From NCBI GenBank assembly GCA_965225955.1, contig CBDDBX010000009.1, positions 68,880-132,879 of the forward strand: a stretch of 64,000 nt of DNA. The letters run 5' to 3'. This DNA is from Candidatus Aminicenantia bacterium (lineage in GTDB: Bacteria > Acidobacteriota > Aminicenantia > UBA2199). The notes beneath the pieces are model-generated. The model saw only the letters and a list, made by a program, of their open reading frames with translations, made no database searches and was not told the origin of the DNA. Of the stretch, positions 1 to 10,219 are shown in pieces. Both the position numbers and the translations under genes were made by a program. Within the stretch, counting starts at the first letter, position 1. Each line of letters opens with the position of its first letter.

Positions 1-104
1 TCCTGGAACCAGTAGGTTCCAAACATTAATCCACTAACCATAAAAAGAACGACCCAGCGCATAAAGGCTGAATCTCTTAAAGTCTCTTTAATTCTTTCTG
101 TCAT
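1..104 (-). CDS. Membrane protein, N-terminal fragment only (gene continues beyond the window start); possibly an MFS-type transporter
   Basis: Minus-strand ATG at 104 preceded by GAGGG. Translation MTERIKETLRDSAFMRWVVLFMVSGLMFGTYWFQD is hydrophobic and TM-like. Truncated by the window edge. Confidence 0.4.
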   Translation of the reverse strand, partial: MTERIKETLRDSAFMRWVVLFMVSGLMFGTYWFQ

Positions 105-427
105 TTTCACCCTCATTAATTTATTACCACAGAATATTGCCTTTCTGTGAAGTAGTTTTTCTGCCGGTTAAACAAAACAAATACTCCCTCAAAGGGGTAA
201 TAAAGCAGTTTATGATGGTGGCTGCACTCTATGTGCAACTTTATATGCCTCCTGCAGTAAACAGTAATAAGTTTACTGACTGGTTTTAAAGATGTATCAG
301 ATATCATTCTACAGGAGGATAAAAAAAATTTACAGAAAAACCTGAAAAAATGTGATGAAAGTTGTTTTTTGAGTTCCGGTGTTGAGGTTAGGTAAGCTCT
401 CCCTGAGCTTACCTTTTATTTATATGG

Positions 428-1903
428 TTATTTTTTCCGGTATTTCACCAGTACTGAATTCAGCTTCTTTATTGAAGCAGGTAGCTGGTTAATGAGATAG
501 TTTCCGGGTTTCATCTTTTTCATAACCGGGAACTCCTTTTCTGACCAGTTAATAACTTCCTGCAGTTCAGTTGATAGTTTATTCTCTTTCATGCATTGTA
601 TGAGCTGTTCAGTGTCCGCAATCATCGCCTTTGACGCAGGAGTCTCTTCCTCACTGCCAAAAATTGCAGCAAACCCCTGATGACTTACTGAAGAGAAGAT
701 ACGATCGCTAAGCTTCCTGACTCTTGAATCCTGATTTCTAAGGTTCTCAAATTCGTCAGCATGAGCGTAATAGAGGTGGGTAAGTGCAGCTGCTGAAGGA
801 GATAGTGCTACCATCTCATCTCTGAAGTTATAGAGACTTCCTACAAAAAGATTTTTTTGCTCTTCAGGCATATGCTGTGCAGATTTCTTTACGGGACATT
901 TTTTATCATCCTTGTCGTCGTCTCCGTCGTCAAGCTGATCATCATATTTGCCGGCAATGAAATCTTTATATATTGTATAAGCTGGTTTCTCTGTAAGATC
1001 TGTCTTTATAATGCCCCATGGTGGATTACCATTGTTCAGATCGTCTGCAATTTCGTAGAAGAATATCTTGTCGGGATACTGTTTTTTCTTCATGGATTTC
1101 AGCATTGCAAGATATTTTTCACCCTGGCTCTGTTCGCTGTAATCGTAGGTGTTCCAGCCGGTTTCTGTTATCCAGAAAGGTTTCTGACTGCATCCGGCAT
1201 CTTCAATAATCTTTTTAACAGATGGAATAAGAATATCCCCGTCTTCAAGAGATCTGTATATGTAAGATGCTCCACGCTTATCGTAGATATGGTGGGAAAT
1301 AACATCAATTCTGTCTTTCGTATTTGAAAGTATATACTTGAGCCAGAAGTACCATTCTACTCCTGTACTTGTGAGGTGGGCAAGATCCGGTCCCACAACA
1401 AAAGCTGAAGGATCTTCTGCTTTCACTGCATCAGCGCCGGGGTTGAAGATTCTGTCAAGGAACCTCTCTTTTGATTCGGCGTTGAAGTGCTGCAGATTAG
1501 GCTCGTTCCATATGGCCCAGCACTTAACTCTGGATTTGTATCTTCTGACTGTAGCCTGTACAAATCTCTGCCAGTAGGCAACATTATCGGCTGAATAGTT
1601 GCCTCCTTTTCCTCCGTTTGCCCAGGATGGAGTCGTTCCAAAACCTACCAGTACTGAAACTCCGCGACTGGTAACATAGTTTATTACCCTGTCCATATTG
1701 CTCCAGTGGAATGTGCCGGGTGTTACTTCTATATCACGCCATACTGCATCCACTCTTACCCACTTGATTCCAGCATCAATCGCCTTCTGAAGAACAGCAT
1801 CTGTCTGAACGTGAACATTGATACCGTAAGGTGAAGGTGATACCTGCTGACCGAAACATAAAAACCCGCAAAAAAGTATAGTTATAAGCATTCTGATTAT
1901 CAT
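428..1903 (-). CDS. Secreted glycoside hydrolase family 5 (cellulase/endoglucanase-like), with a C-terminal extension of unknown function
   Basis: 491-aa ORF with an N-terminal signal peptide (MIIRMLITILFCGFLCFG). GH5 catalytic 'NEP' motif in CWAIWNEPN. (beta/alpha)8-type sequence features. Confidence 0.7.
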   Translation of the reverse strand: MIIRMLITILFCGFLCFGQQVSPSPYGINVHVQTDAVLQKAIDAGIKWVRVDAVWRDIEVTPGTFHWSNMDRVINYVTSRGVSVLVGFGTTPSWANGGKGGNYSADNVAYWQRFVQATVRRYKSRVKCWAIWNEPNLQHFNAESKERFLDRIFNPGADAVKAEDPSAFVVGPDLAHLTSTGVEWYFWLKYILSNTKDRIDVISHHIYDKRGASYIYRSLEDGDILIPSVKKIIEDAGCSQKPFWITETGWNTYDYSEQSQGEKYLAMLKSMKKKQYPDKIFFYEIADDLNNGNPPWGIIKTDLTEKPAYTIYKDFIAGKYDDQLDDGDDDKDDKKCPVKKSAQHMPEEQKNLFVGSLYNFRDEMVALSPSAAALTHLYYAHADEFENLRNQDSRVRKLSDRIFSSVSHQGFAAIFGSEEETPASKAMIADTEQLIQCMKENKLSTELQEVINWSEKEFPVMKKMKPGNYLINQLPASIKKLNSVLVKYRKK

Positions 1904-2020
1904 ACCTGAATTATAGAAACTAGCTGTTTCAAAGTCAATTGAAAGAGCAGAGGAAGACTTATGCAGATCTTTTGCAGAAGAAATACTTGACAGTGGTGAG
2001 TTATTATATTAAATTTATTG

Positions 2021-2035
2021 CGAACGTAATGCGAA
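2021..2035 (+). promoter_or_regulatory. GAAC-N7-GAAC direct repeat; candidate LexA/SOS-type operator overlapping the umuD translation start region
   Basis: gaacgtaatgcgaac lies 5 bp upstream of the umuD ATG. It matches the direct-repeat GTTC-N7-GTTC class of LexA boxes. Confidence 0.35.
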
Positions 2036-2039
2036 CAAA

Positions 2040-2453
2040 ATGAATTTTGTAAATGAAAAATATATCGGAGGTGCTCCTGTTTTGCTCACCTGTGTACCTG
2101 CAGGTTTTCCTTCACCTGCAGATGACTATCTTGAAGAGCGCCTTGATCTTAATGAACTTCTGATTGATCATCCTGCAGCAACCTTCTTTGTAAAGGTGGT
2201 GGGGGATTCCATGAGGGACGCCGGTATAATTTCAGGAGATATTCTGGTAGTAGATCGCTCTCTTGAACCAGGGGATGGAAAAGTAGTTGTTGCTGTACTG
2301 AATGGGGAGTTTACGGTAAAAAGAATCCGTTCTACAAAAGAGGGGGTTTTTCTTGTGCCTGAAAATCCTGACTATCCTTTAAAACAGGTCAGTGGAGAAG
2401 ACAGTTTTGAGGTGTGGGGCGTTGTTACCTCTGCAATTCACAGAATTACATAG
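2040..2453 (+). CDS. umuD: Translesion polymerase V accessory subunit UmuD (LexA-like S24 peptidase)
   Basis: 137 aa. Ser-Lys dyad motifs 'GDSM' and 'VKRI'. Immediately followed by umuC. Confidence 0.85.
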   Translation: MNFVNEKYIGGAPVLLTCVPAGFPSPADDYLEERLDLNELLIDHPAATFFVKVVGDSMRDAGIISGDILVVDRSLEPGDGKVVVAVLNGEFTVKRIRSTKEGVFLVPENPDYPLKQVSGEDSFEVWGVVTSAIHRIT

Positions 2454-2454
2454 T

Positions 2455-3747
2455 ATGAGTGCTTTAAATTTTGCTCTTGTGGATTGTAATAGTTTCTACT
2501 CCTCATGTGAAAGAGTATTCAATCCTTCCTTAAAAAATAAGCCTGTTATTGTTCTGTCAAATAATGACGGTTGTGCAATATCTATGTCAGCTGAAGCAAA
2601 AGCTTTTGGGGTAACTCTGGGGGAACCTTTCTATAAATTCCGTGATAAGGCTGTTGAGAAGGGTGCAGGAATTCTATCCTCAAACTACTCTCTTTACGGG
2701 GATATGTCAGCCAGGGTAATGGAGATACTTCAGGAGTATCCCGGAGATGTGGAGATCTACTCTATTGATGAAGCTTTTATTCTTTTTCGGAATATCGACT
2801 CTGCAGAAGTAACTGAAATGTGCAGGGATATGAAAAACAGAATATTGAAATATACCGGCCTTCCTGTATCTGTTGGTACCGGCGCAACCAGAACTATAGC
2901 AAAACTTGCAAGTTACTATGCCAAAAAGAGGGACGGGTTTGATGGAGTTGCGGGGTTCGGGGAGCTGGATTTCAGCAGCCTTAAAGAGTATTACAATATT
3001 ACAGATGTTCAGAATGTCTGGGGAATAGGCCGTAAAAACTCTGCCAGACTAAAGGAAAACGGAGTCGAAAATGTAGCGGATCTGGTGGATCTGGACAACT
3101 CTCTGGTGCGTAAGTTTATGGGAGGGGTAACAGGACTCAGAACTGTTGAGGAACTTAGAGGTCTCTCCTGTATTGGCTCCATGGACCTTTCATCAGATAA
3201 ACAGGGGATTCTCAGTTCCAGATCTTTTGGAAGGAAAACCGGGAACATAAAAGATCTGGAAGAGTCAGTTTCTACATATATAGGGCGTGCAGCCCTTAAA
3301 TTGAGGGAACAGAATTCTGTTGCCGGGGTTGTGGGGGTCTATCTTACTACAGGAAGCCATACAAAACAGGGAGCAGGGGTATATAGTCGATGGCTTACGG
3401 CTGAACTTAAAACACCTACATCTTTTACGCCGGATCTGGTGAGAAAGGCAGAAGAGCTTGTACGGAAACTCTATAAACCTGGCTACATATATAAAAAAAC
3501 CGGAGTAATGCTCCTTGATATAATGCCTGCAGGAGTCCGGCAGAAAAGTCTCTTTGGTGATACTGAGGTTAGCAGAGATAAAAATATGGCACTTATTGAG
3601 GCAGCAGATCTGATAAACCGTAAATGGAAGAACACTCTGCTGTTTCCTGCAAGTGATGGGATTAAGAAAAGCTGGCGTATGAAAAGGGAGATGTTATCTC
3701 CCCGATACACGACCAGCTGGAAGGGGATTTTGCGTATAAATATTTGA
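2455..3747 (+). CDS. umuC: Y-family DNA polymerase UmuC
   Basis: The internal ATG at 2455 gives MSALNFALVDCNSFYSSCERVF..., a typical UmuC/DinB N-terminus. This is translationally coupled to umuD. The ORF-track start at 2392 is probably too early. Confidence 0.85.
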   Translation: MSALNFALVDCNSFYSSCERVFNPSLKNKPVIVLSNNDGCAISMSAEAKAFGVTLGEPFYKFRDKAVEKGAGILSSNYSLYGDMSARVMEILQEYPGDVEIYSIDEAFILFRNIDSAEVTEMCRDMKNRILKYTGLPVSVGTGATRTIAKLASYYAKKRDGFDGVAGFGELDFSSLKEYYNITDVQNVWGIGRKNSARLKENGVENVADLVDLDNSLVRKFMGGVTGLRTVEELRGLSCIGSMDLSSDKQGILSSRSFGRKTGNIKDLEESVSTYIGRAALKLREQNSVAGVVGVYLTTGSHTKQGAGVYSRWLTAELKTPTSFTPDLVRKAEELVRKLYKPGYIYKKTGVMLLDIMPAGVRQKSLFGDTEVSRDKNMALIEAADLINRKWKNTLLFPASDGIKKSWRMKREMLSPRYTTSWKGILRINI

Positions 3748-3826
3748 CAGAAGCCTCTCTATCATTGATTCTTACTGCTTTTTGTGTAAAACTGTAGATG
3801 GAATTTTAAAAGAAGATGGAGGAGTA

Positions 3827-4657
3827 ATGAGACATCTTATCTTGACAATTATGGTTCTTATGTCTGTTTCAGCAACCCTTTTATTCAGCTCAGAAGGAGC
3901 AGACTACTACATAAAAGCTCAGAAAGCCGCAGGACAGGGAGAGATCAAACAGGCTGTCAGGTTAATGAAAATTGCGGTGGAAAATGAGCCTGATAATTCT
4001 GAATATCTCTGTTATCTTGGAGATATGTGTGGCGTTATGGCTCAGAAAGCATCGGTTTTCTCAAAATTCTCATGGGCTAAAAAATGTAAAAAAGCCTATA
4101 TTAAAGCTGTTGAGGTTAATGGTAACAGTGTCAGGGCACGTATGTCACTTATGAGATTCCTTGTTATGGCTCCTGGTATTGCCGGAGGTGATGATGAGGA
4201 AGGTGCCAGACAGGCAGAAGCGGTACTGAAACTTTCACCTGTTATGGGTAAGATCTCATTTGCTTTTATTGCAAATAATGATAAGAAACTTAATGATGCT
4301 ATCCGGTATATTAACGACTCCGTTAATCTGCTGGAAAAAGGGGAAGAATTTTCTGCAAGATGGTATCGTCGTTTTGCTATGAAAGTTATTCGCAATACCG
4401 GTCATAATCTTGGTAAAAAGAAGTTTTATGATGCCTCTGACAAAGTATTTGCTATAGGGTTCTCAATCTTTCCTGAAGAGTTTTCACTTCATCACTATAT
4501 GAGTGTTGTAGCTGAGAAGAAAGGGGACAAGAGAAAAGCTCTTAAGCATATGCAGAAAGCTCTGGAACTTAATAAAAGAAGAAATCTGAAAGAACAGAAA
4601 TATTTCGAATATGACAGTAAAGCAGTAAATCGCCTTAAAAAAGAGGTGAATGTGTGA
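3827..4657 (+). CDS. Secreted TPR-like repeat protein, hypothetical
   Basis: GGAGG RBS before MRHLILTIMVLMSV (signal peptide). Helical-repeat composition. No catalytic motif. Confidence 0.5.
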   Translation: MRHLILTIMVLMSVSATLLFSSEGADYYIKAQKAAGQGEIKQAVRLMKIAVENEPDNSEYLCYLGDMCGVMAQKASVFSKFSWAKKCKKAYIKAVEVNGNSVRARMSLMRFLVMAPGIAGGDDEEGARQAEAVLKLSPVMGKISFAFIANNDKKLNDAIRYINDSVNLLEKGEEFSARWYRRFAMKVIRNTGHNLGKKKFYDASDKVFAIGFSIFPEEFSLHHYMSVVAEKKGDKRKALKHMQKALELNKRRNLKEQKYFEYDSKAVNRLKKEVNV

Positions 4658-5769
4658 GTACCAGCCTCATAGTTTCTATTGCTGTTTCAGTAGCAACAGT
4701 ACTCATACTTGTGGTTGTGGCTGTGGTTACAAGAGTAAGAAAAAACAAGCCGGGAAGCAGGAGAAACAGTGGTTCCGGTACCTTTAACGGAGTGGATTAC
4801 AGTTTCTCCAGCTATGCAGGAGGTAAAAATAATCCTCCTTCCCTTCTTATAACTATTGAATCAGAATCCAGTGGAAGTTTTCATATAAGAAAAGAAACAG
4901 GGTTTGATCGATTCTGGAAAAAGAGGGGACTGGTTAAGGAGATCACCACTTATGATCAGATCTTTGATAACCGTTTCTTCATAGATACAGAGAATGTGCA
5001 TTTTACAGAAGCTGTTCTGAAAAGACAGAAAACCAGGGAACTTATTACATATCTGTTTGATAAAGGGTTTTCCAGAATTCAGCAGAAAAAAAAGAAGCTG
5101 ATTGTACTTTTCAGCCCATACAAGAAGGCTGACAGACTTGAAAATGAAGAGATCAGGGAGATTTCTGAAAAGGTTGCTGAACTGAGTCTGCAGGTTAAGA
5201 GCTGTGACTCAATGGTTCAGGAAGAGGCTGCGGAATGGAGAAAGAAGAAATTAATGCTGCTTCTGGTACCAGGTGTGGTTCTGGTTGCAGGAGTTGTTCT
5301 GCTGGTTACTGGTGGTACAAATTATACTCCTCTGGATGGAGGGGATCTGTTTCTTGATTCTCTGATTCCGGGACTTGCTGCTGCAGTAATAATGACATGG
5401 TTTGCTGTTAAGGTGTTTAGAGAGAGATCGTCTTCGCACTACGTAATTATGGTGGTACTTATTACGTCTCTTTTTGCATGGCCAGCCTCTTTTACCGGGG
5501 GTAAAATGTTTCTTAACGGATATCTGGATGATTCCCCGGGGATGAGTCATAAAGTCAGAATTATAGGAAAGTATAAGAGAAAAACCAAAAGCTCATATGC
5601 CTACTATCTAAGCTATAACAGCTGGAGAAATGAGAAGATAGAAACTCTTAGGGTTAACCGCTCCACTTACAACAATACAATTATAAAGAGGGATTGGGCA
5701 GATATTGTAACCCATACAGGCTTCTATGGTTATGAGTGGATGGAATATTTTGAAATACTTGAGCGATAG
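4654..5769 (+). CDS. Hypothetical membrane protein (N-terminal TM anchor plus a C-terminal 4-TM bundle)
   Basis: GTG start overlapping the previous stop (GTGTGA), with an AAGAGG RBS. Hydrophobic segments at the N-terminus and in the 200-290 region. Confidence 0.45.
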   Translation: MSTSLIVSIAVSVATVLILVVVAVVTRVRKNKPGSRRNSGSGTFNGVDYSFSSYAGGKNNPPSLLITIESESSGSFHIRKETGFDRFWKKRGLVKEITTYDQIFDNRFFIDTENVHFTEAVLKRQKTRELITYLFDKGFSRIQQKKKKLIVLFSPYKKADRLENEEIREISEKVAELSLQVKSCDSMVQEEAAEWRKKKLMLLLVPGVVLVAGVVLLVTGGTNYTPLDGGDLFLDSLIPGLAAAVIMTWFAVKVFRERSSSHYVIMVVLITSLFAWPASFTGGKMFLNGYLDDSPGMSHKVRIIGKYKRKTKSSYAYYLSYNSWRNEKIETLRVNRSTYNNTIIKRDWADIVTHTGFYGYEWMEYFEILER

Positions 5770-5981
5770 TAACTGTTTCAAAACTAATAAAGAATAATTT
5801 AACGCGAAAACACGCTAATAATCGTTCAGGGCGAACATCACAAAAATGTTAAAAAGTTCGGGAAAAATTATGGGCTTTTCTTTTTCCTCATTTTTTAACG
5901 GATCTTTTTTAATACACGCTAAATTAAGGCTATATTGATAGTAGCTGTTTAAATGCTGAACTGAAAAGAGTTTTGTTCCCA

Positions 5982-6890
5982 TCAGGCAGTAGTTGCTTTC
6001 TGTGATTTTGCTGTTCCCCAGACTCCGGTAATAATCATAATGCTGCCTGCAATCTGAATCGGTGTAAACGTCTCGTGCAGAATTACTACTCCGGCTACAA
6101 TGGAAACCACTGTTGTAAGGTTAGTAAGAATGGTAGCTCTGGAGGCTTCAATTTTAGATAAGACATAGTTGAGAGCAAAAAAGGCTATTACAGAAGACAG
6201 AACTCCAAGGTATAAAAGTCCCTGTAGAGATTCCGGATCAGTAAGTGGAGAAAAATATGAAATCGCAGTTTCTGTAATCCTGTATTCCAGCACTGCTATT
6301 ATATTGAAGACTACTGCTCCGGCCCACATCATTATCCAGGTTATTTCAACGGGAGTAAAATCTGTAGAATACTTTCTGGAAAGAATTGTATAGGAGGCAC
6401 CGGATATAACAGCTCCAAGCAGGAAAAATATTCCCGTCATACTTCCTGAATCACTTAATCCGTAACTGTTTACGGTGATTACCCCGGCAACAGAGAGAAC
6501 AATGAAGCCAAGTTGAGTTGCAGTAGGGCGTTCCTTAAGAAACAGAGTTGCAAGAATTACTACTGCAATAGGAATAAAGGCTACCATAATACCTGCCTGG
6601 GAGGATGAAGCGTATTTTATTCCAAATGTTTCAAAGATAAAGTATAAGAATGGCTGAAAGATAGATAAAAGAAGTATTGGGGTTATCTTTTTACCTCTAA
6701 GTCTCACCTTCAGAACTCCTGTTAATACAAGGAGACTCATTGAGATTACTGCAAAGTTGAAACGGTGTGCAAGAAGATGGAAACCACTGTTAAAGCTATC
6801 CAGAAGAGAGCTTGTAAACATAAAAGAGAAACCAAAAATTATTGAAGGTATAGTTCCTATAAATAGTGGGTGAATTTTTATCTTTGCCAT
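5982..6890 (-). CDS. EamA/DMT-family (drug/metabolite) transporter
   Basis: 302 aa, about 10 TM, with a duplicated 5-TM EamA-like architecture. Confidence 0.65.
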   Translation of the reverse strand: MAKIKIHPLFIGTIPSIIFGFSFMFTSSLLDSFNSGFHLLAHRFNFAVISMSLLVLTGVLKVRLRGKKITPILLLSIFQPFLYFIFETFGIKYASSSQAGIMVAFIPIAVVILATLFLKERPTATQLGFIVLSVAGVITVNSYGLSDSGSMTGIFFLLGAVISGASYTILSRKYSTDFTPVEITWIMMWAGAVVFNIIAVLEYRITETAISYFSPLTDPESLQGLLYLGVLSSVIAFFALNYVLSKIEASRATILTNLTTVVSIVAGVVILHETFTPIQIAGSIMIITGVWGTAKSQKATTA

Positions 6891-7140
6891 AATACTACCT
6901 GTTTCTCTGTATAGAGAACGAAATGTGATTATATAGGCAAAGTCAGCTTCTGTCCATAGCCGGATTAATTGACAACAGTCAGATAAATTCTGGTAGTTAA
7001 CTGGTTATCTCATATCTGTTCTGTATTTAATTTAAGTTCTGGAGAAAAAATTGAATATTTGCGTAAATAGATTAGTAGTTCACCTGTACGCTCTCTTATC
7101 AGTATGTTTCAGTACTGATGGGTCAAAAAAATCTTTTTTG

Positions 7141-7169
7141 TTGACATGCGAGTTTTAGTGTACTATTAT
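7141..7169 (+). promoter_or_regulatory. Sigma70-type promoter TTGACA-N17-TATTAT upstream of the beta-propeller gene
   Basis: Exact consensus -35 with a near-consensus -10 and 17-bp spacing. RBS GGAGGG lies 5 bp before the ATG at 7188. Confidence 0.55.
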
Positions 7170-7187
7170 GGTGGTACGGAGGGTTAA

Positions 7188-8210
7188 ATGAAAAAAATAT
7201 TTATCTTTGTGATTGTTATTTTACTGGCGCTGGTTGGAAAGGTAAGTGCAGAAACTGTAGAACTTGAAGGACTTAATAATCCCACTTTTATGACTGTGGA
7301 TTCAAAAAATATCTATGTTGTTGACGGTATTAAGATTAAGATCTATTCACTCAAAGATTACAGTAAAGTCGGTGAATTTGGAAAAGCAGGAACCGGGCCT
7401 GGTGAATTCAGACAGAATCCTGTTGTGGCAAGAGCTTCAATGCAGATTACAACAAGTGGTAATCATATTCTTGTAAACAATATGGACCGATTGTTTCTGT
7501 TCACTAAAGATGGAAAGTATGTTAAAGAACAGAAACTTGCAAACATGAGAACCTCATTTTTCAGAGATATGGGTGATAAATATGCCGCAGTAGCGGTAAA
7601 GGTGGAAGGGACTGAAGTGTACAGAGGTATTGCCATCTGTAATAAATCAGATCTTAAGGAGGTAAAGCTTCTTGCTAAGAGTAAAGTCGAGGGTGGAGCT
7701 TCATCACAGAATCCTCTTCCAAGTACAGTAGAGCACGCTCTGATAGATAACTGCCTCTATGTATCAGCTTCAGATGGAATGGGAGTATTTAAGTTTGATT
7801 CAAAAGGAAATCCACTGGGAAAGGTTGATATCAAAGATTACAAATTCAGAAAAGTTACTGATGCTGATAAGCAGAATGTTCTGGATACTGTAAAAAAGAT
7901 GATACCGGCTAATCTCTTTGAGAGAGTAAAAAAAATGTTGAAATTTCCGGAACATTTTCCTGCAATTCAGAGAATGCTTTCTGATGGTAAGAATATAATA
8001 GTTCAGACCTGGAAGAATAATGGCAAAGGTGAGAGGGAAATTTATATTTTTGATAAAGATCTTAAAACTCACAAAGTAGTGTATGCTCCATTCTTTATGG
8101 AAGATGCTGTTGTGCCTTATCCATCAGATGTAATTAATGGGAAAATGTATCAGGTTGTGGAAAATGAAGATACTGAAGAGTGGGATCTTCATATAACTAA
8201 ATTAATTTAA
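7188..8210 (+). CDS. Secreted NHL-repeat/6-bladed beta-propeller (TolB-like) protein
   Basis: Signal peptide. NHL-like 'GKAGTGPGEFRQNP' motif. Paralogous to the ORF at 62309-63415. Confidence 0.55.
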   Translation: MKKIFIFVIVILLALVGKVSAETVELEGLNNPTFMTVDSKNIYVVDGIKIKIYSLKDYSKVGEFGKAGTGPGEFRQNPVVARASMQITTSGNHILVNNMDRLFLFTKDGKYVKEQKLANMRTSFFRDMGDKYAAVAVKVEGTEVYRGIAICNKSDLKEVKLLAKSKVEGGASSQNPLPSTVEHALIDNCLYVSASDGMGVFKFDSKGNPLGKVDIKDYKFRKVTDADKQNVLDTVKKMIPANLFERVKKMLKFPEHFPAIQRMLSDGKNIIVQTWKNNGKGEREIYIFDKDLKTHKVVYAPFFMEDAVVPYPSDVINGKMYQVVENEDTEEWDLHITKLI

Positions 8211-8258
8211 TTGCCTTTAAAAGTAACATTTGATTAATATTTATGTGTTTCAGCTTCT

Positions 8259-8738
8259 ATGGACAGAGAGGCTGAAACACAGATACCGGATCTGAAAAAC
8301 AGGGTTAACTCAGAGAATTATTCCCAACTGAATTCCTTTCAATTATATGTTTTAGGGAAATTATGGCATAAGCATATTAATCGGGCTGTAATAATGCGCA
8401 CAGTCCCGGGATATGGTGTTAAGGTACTTTCCGCCCTGTTTCGTAATATTTCCTTTCTTTCTTATATTGCACCTCTCCTCAGAAATGTTGTGATGACTCT
8501 TATACCAGAGTGGCAAATTGCTATATCCCTCCCTGTATATGGTGATATATGGGCTCTTGGTAAATTGATTCTCTGGTGTGAAATCCTTGAAGAGGAAGAG
8601 GAGTATATTCAGGCTTTGAAGCAGGTCAGAAGAGCTCTTCGTTCACTTCCTCCCCGTAAAGTTGCAGAAATTATAGAAGATGCTGCAGACAGGCGCAGTA
8701 GTTCTGGATGGTCAACTGAACAGGCTGTATTTTCCTGA
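8259..8738 (+). CDS. Hypothetical protein
   Basis: 159-aa ORF with no recognisable motif. The start region is folded into a hairpin with upstream sequence, so the start is uncertain. Confidence 0.3.
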   Translation: MDREAETQIPDLKNRVNSENYSQLNSFQLYVLGKLWHKHINRAVIMRTVPGYGVKVLSALFRNISFLSYIAPLLRNVVMTLIPEWQIAISLPVYGDIWALGKLILWCEILEEEEEYIQALKQVRRALRSLPPRKVAEIIEDAADRRSSSGWSTEQAVFS

Positions 8739-8865
8739 TACTATTCAAAATCTTTATTATCACTGATTAAACTCTTTTACTGTACCTCAGGTTTTGTTAA
8801 AATGAGCTTTAATTTCTGCTGTACTCCAGCAGCTTTCGATATTATCTACAAGGAGAGATTTAAAA

Positions 8866-10179
8866 ATGAATTTACCTGAAATGTCAGAGCACTTTAAGTC
8901 CAGAAAGCCATCGGCAATCAGACTGTCTCAGATTGAATTTATGAAAAGAGATGATAATGTTAAGGCTATCAATACTGCCATTGGTAATGTATCCCTGCCT
9001 TCCCACCCATCAATGCAGAAAAGGATGTTTGAACTTAACAGTGATAACAGCCCTTTTAGAGACGGAGTAATTAAGTATACCGCTACAGCAGGTATGGAGG
9101 AGACTAATAAGGCTTTTCTGAACATAATCGCTTCCAGTGGTTTTGGTACAGATAATCTCTATTCCCAGATTACAGATGGTGGTAGCCAGGCTATGGAACT
9201 TGTAGTTGTAGGGCTTTGTGGTGATGCAGGGTCTGATGATCGCCCTCTTCTTCTGATTGATGCTGCTTATACAAATTACAATGCAATGGCAGCAAGGGTA
9301 GGACGTAAAACTGTTTCAGTTACAAGAGAACTGCGCAGTAATGGTAAATTCACGTTACCTGATGTTGAAGAGATTGAAGCTGTAATAGAAAAGTACAATC
9401 CTTCTGCAATGGTGGTTATTCCTTACGACAATCCAACAGGCCACTACTATAACAAAGAGTCAATGGTAGCTCTGGCAGAACTGTGTGTGAAACACAATAT
9501 GTGGATTGTTAGTGATGAGGCTTACAGAGAACTCTTTTACACAGATGATGATGTCGCCAGTATCTGGGGGGTAACAGATAAAGATGTGAAAGGTATTGAA
9601 GGAAGAAGAATAAGTATTGAAACAGCTTCAAAGGTATGGAATGCCTGCGGTCTGAGAATTGGCGCTCTTGTAACTGACAGTAGCTCTTTTCATGAAAAAG
9701 CTGTGGCTGAAAATACAGCAAATCTCTGCTCAAACGCTATTGGTCAGTATATTTTTGGTTCACTGGCTGAAGAGAGCCATGAAGATCTGAGAGAGTGGTA
9801 TGGTAAATTAAGAGACTATTACAGACCGATGCTTACAAACCTTTCCCAGGAGCTTAAGGACAGATTGCCAGGGGTAATTGTTTCGAGCCCGGATGCTTCA
9901 ATATACTCAGTTGTGGATGTGAGAAATATTGCACCTGAAGGTTTTGATGCCCAGGATTTTGTAATGTTCTGTTCCAGAAAGGGGAAAGTAGTAGTTGATG
10001 CAGAAAATTATACTCTTCTGGTTTCTCCAATGGCTGGTTTTTACAGTATGGAAGAGGGAGAAAAAAACCCGGGAACTACTCAGATGAGAATTTCATATGT
10101 AGCTCCACCTGAAGAGATGGCTCTGGTGCCTCAACTTTTCGAGAAACTGTTTAAAGAGTATCTGAATACAGTAAAATAG
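8866..10179 (+). CDS. PLP-dependent aminotransferase, class I/II fold
   Basis: 437 aa. Fold-type I aminotransferase sequence features, including a conserved Lys region. RBS GGAGAG upstream. Confidence 0.6.
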   Translation: MNLPEMSEHFKSRKPSAIRLSQIEFMKRDDNVKAINTAIGNVSLPSHPSMQKRMFELNSDNSPFRDGVIKYTATAGMEETNKAFLNIIASSGFGTDNLYSQITDGGSQAMELVVVGLCGDAGSDDRPLLLIDAAYTNYNAMAARVGRKTVSVTRELRSNGKFTLPDVEEIEAVIEKYNPSAMVVIPYDNPTGHYYNKESMVALAELCVKHNMWIVSDEAYRELFYTDDDVASIWGVTDKDVKGIEGRRISIETASKVWNACGLRIGALVTDSSSFHEKAVAENTANLCSNAIGQYIFGSLAEESHEDLREWYGKLRDYYRPMLTNLSQELKDRLPGVIVSSPDASIYSVVDVRNIAPEGFDAQDFVMFCSRKGKVVVDAENYTLLVSPMAGFYSMEEGEKNPGTTQMRISYVAPPEEMALVPQLFEKLFKEYLNTVK

Positions 10180-10197
10180 TGAAAATATAATTTTTAA

Positions 10198-10219
10198 AAG
10201 CCGGGGGTTACTCCGGCTT
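10198..10219. terminator. Bidirectional intrinsic terminator between convergent genes
   Basis: Hairpin aagccgg-gggttact-ccggctt flanked by A/T runs. Confidence 0.5.

Noticed and set aside
116-307. 63-aa minus-strand ORF
   Set aside because: No RBS or recognisable motif. It lies in the intergenic region between the window-start gene and the GH5 terminator. Likely spurious.
857-1641. Several ORFs (857-1327, 1018-1209, 1338-1577 on +; 1423-1641 on -) nested inside the GH5 gene
   Set aside because: They are antisense or alternate-frame to a well-supported 491-aa gene, have low-complexity or odd composition, and have no RBS. They are shadows of the real ORF.
5251-5550. 99-aa minus-strand ORF rich in Arg/Lys/His/Cys
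   Set aside because: It is antisense to the TM-rich part of the 4654-5769 membrane protein gene. A composition artefact.
8225-8285. Hairpin gtttcagc-N16-gctgaaac as a terminator for the 7188-8210 gene
   Set aside because: No U-tract follows and the stem includes the putative start codon of the next ORF. It may affect translation, but it is not a convincing intrinsic terminator.
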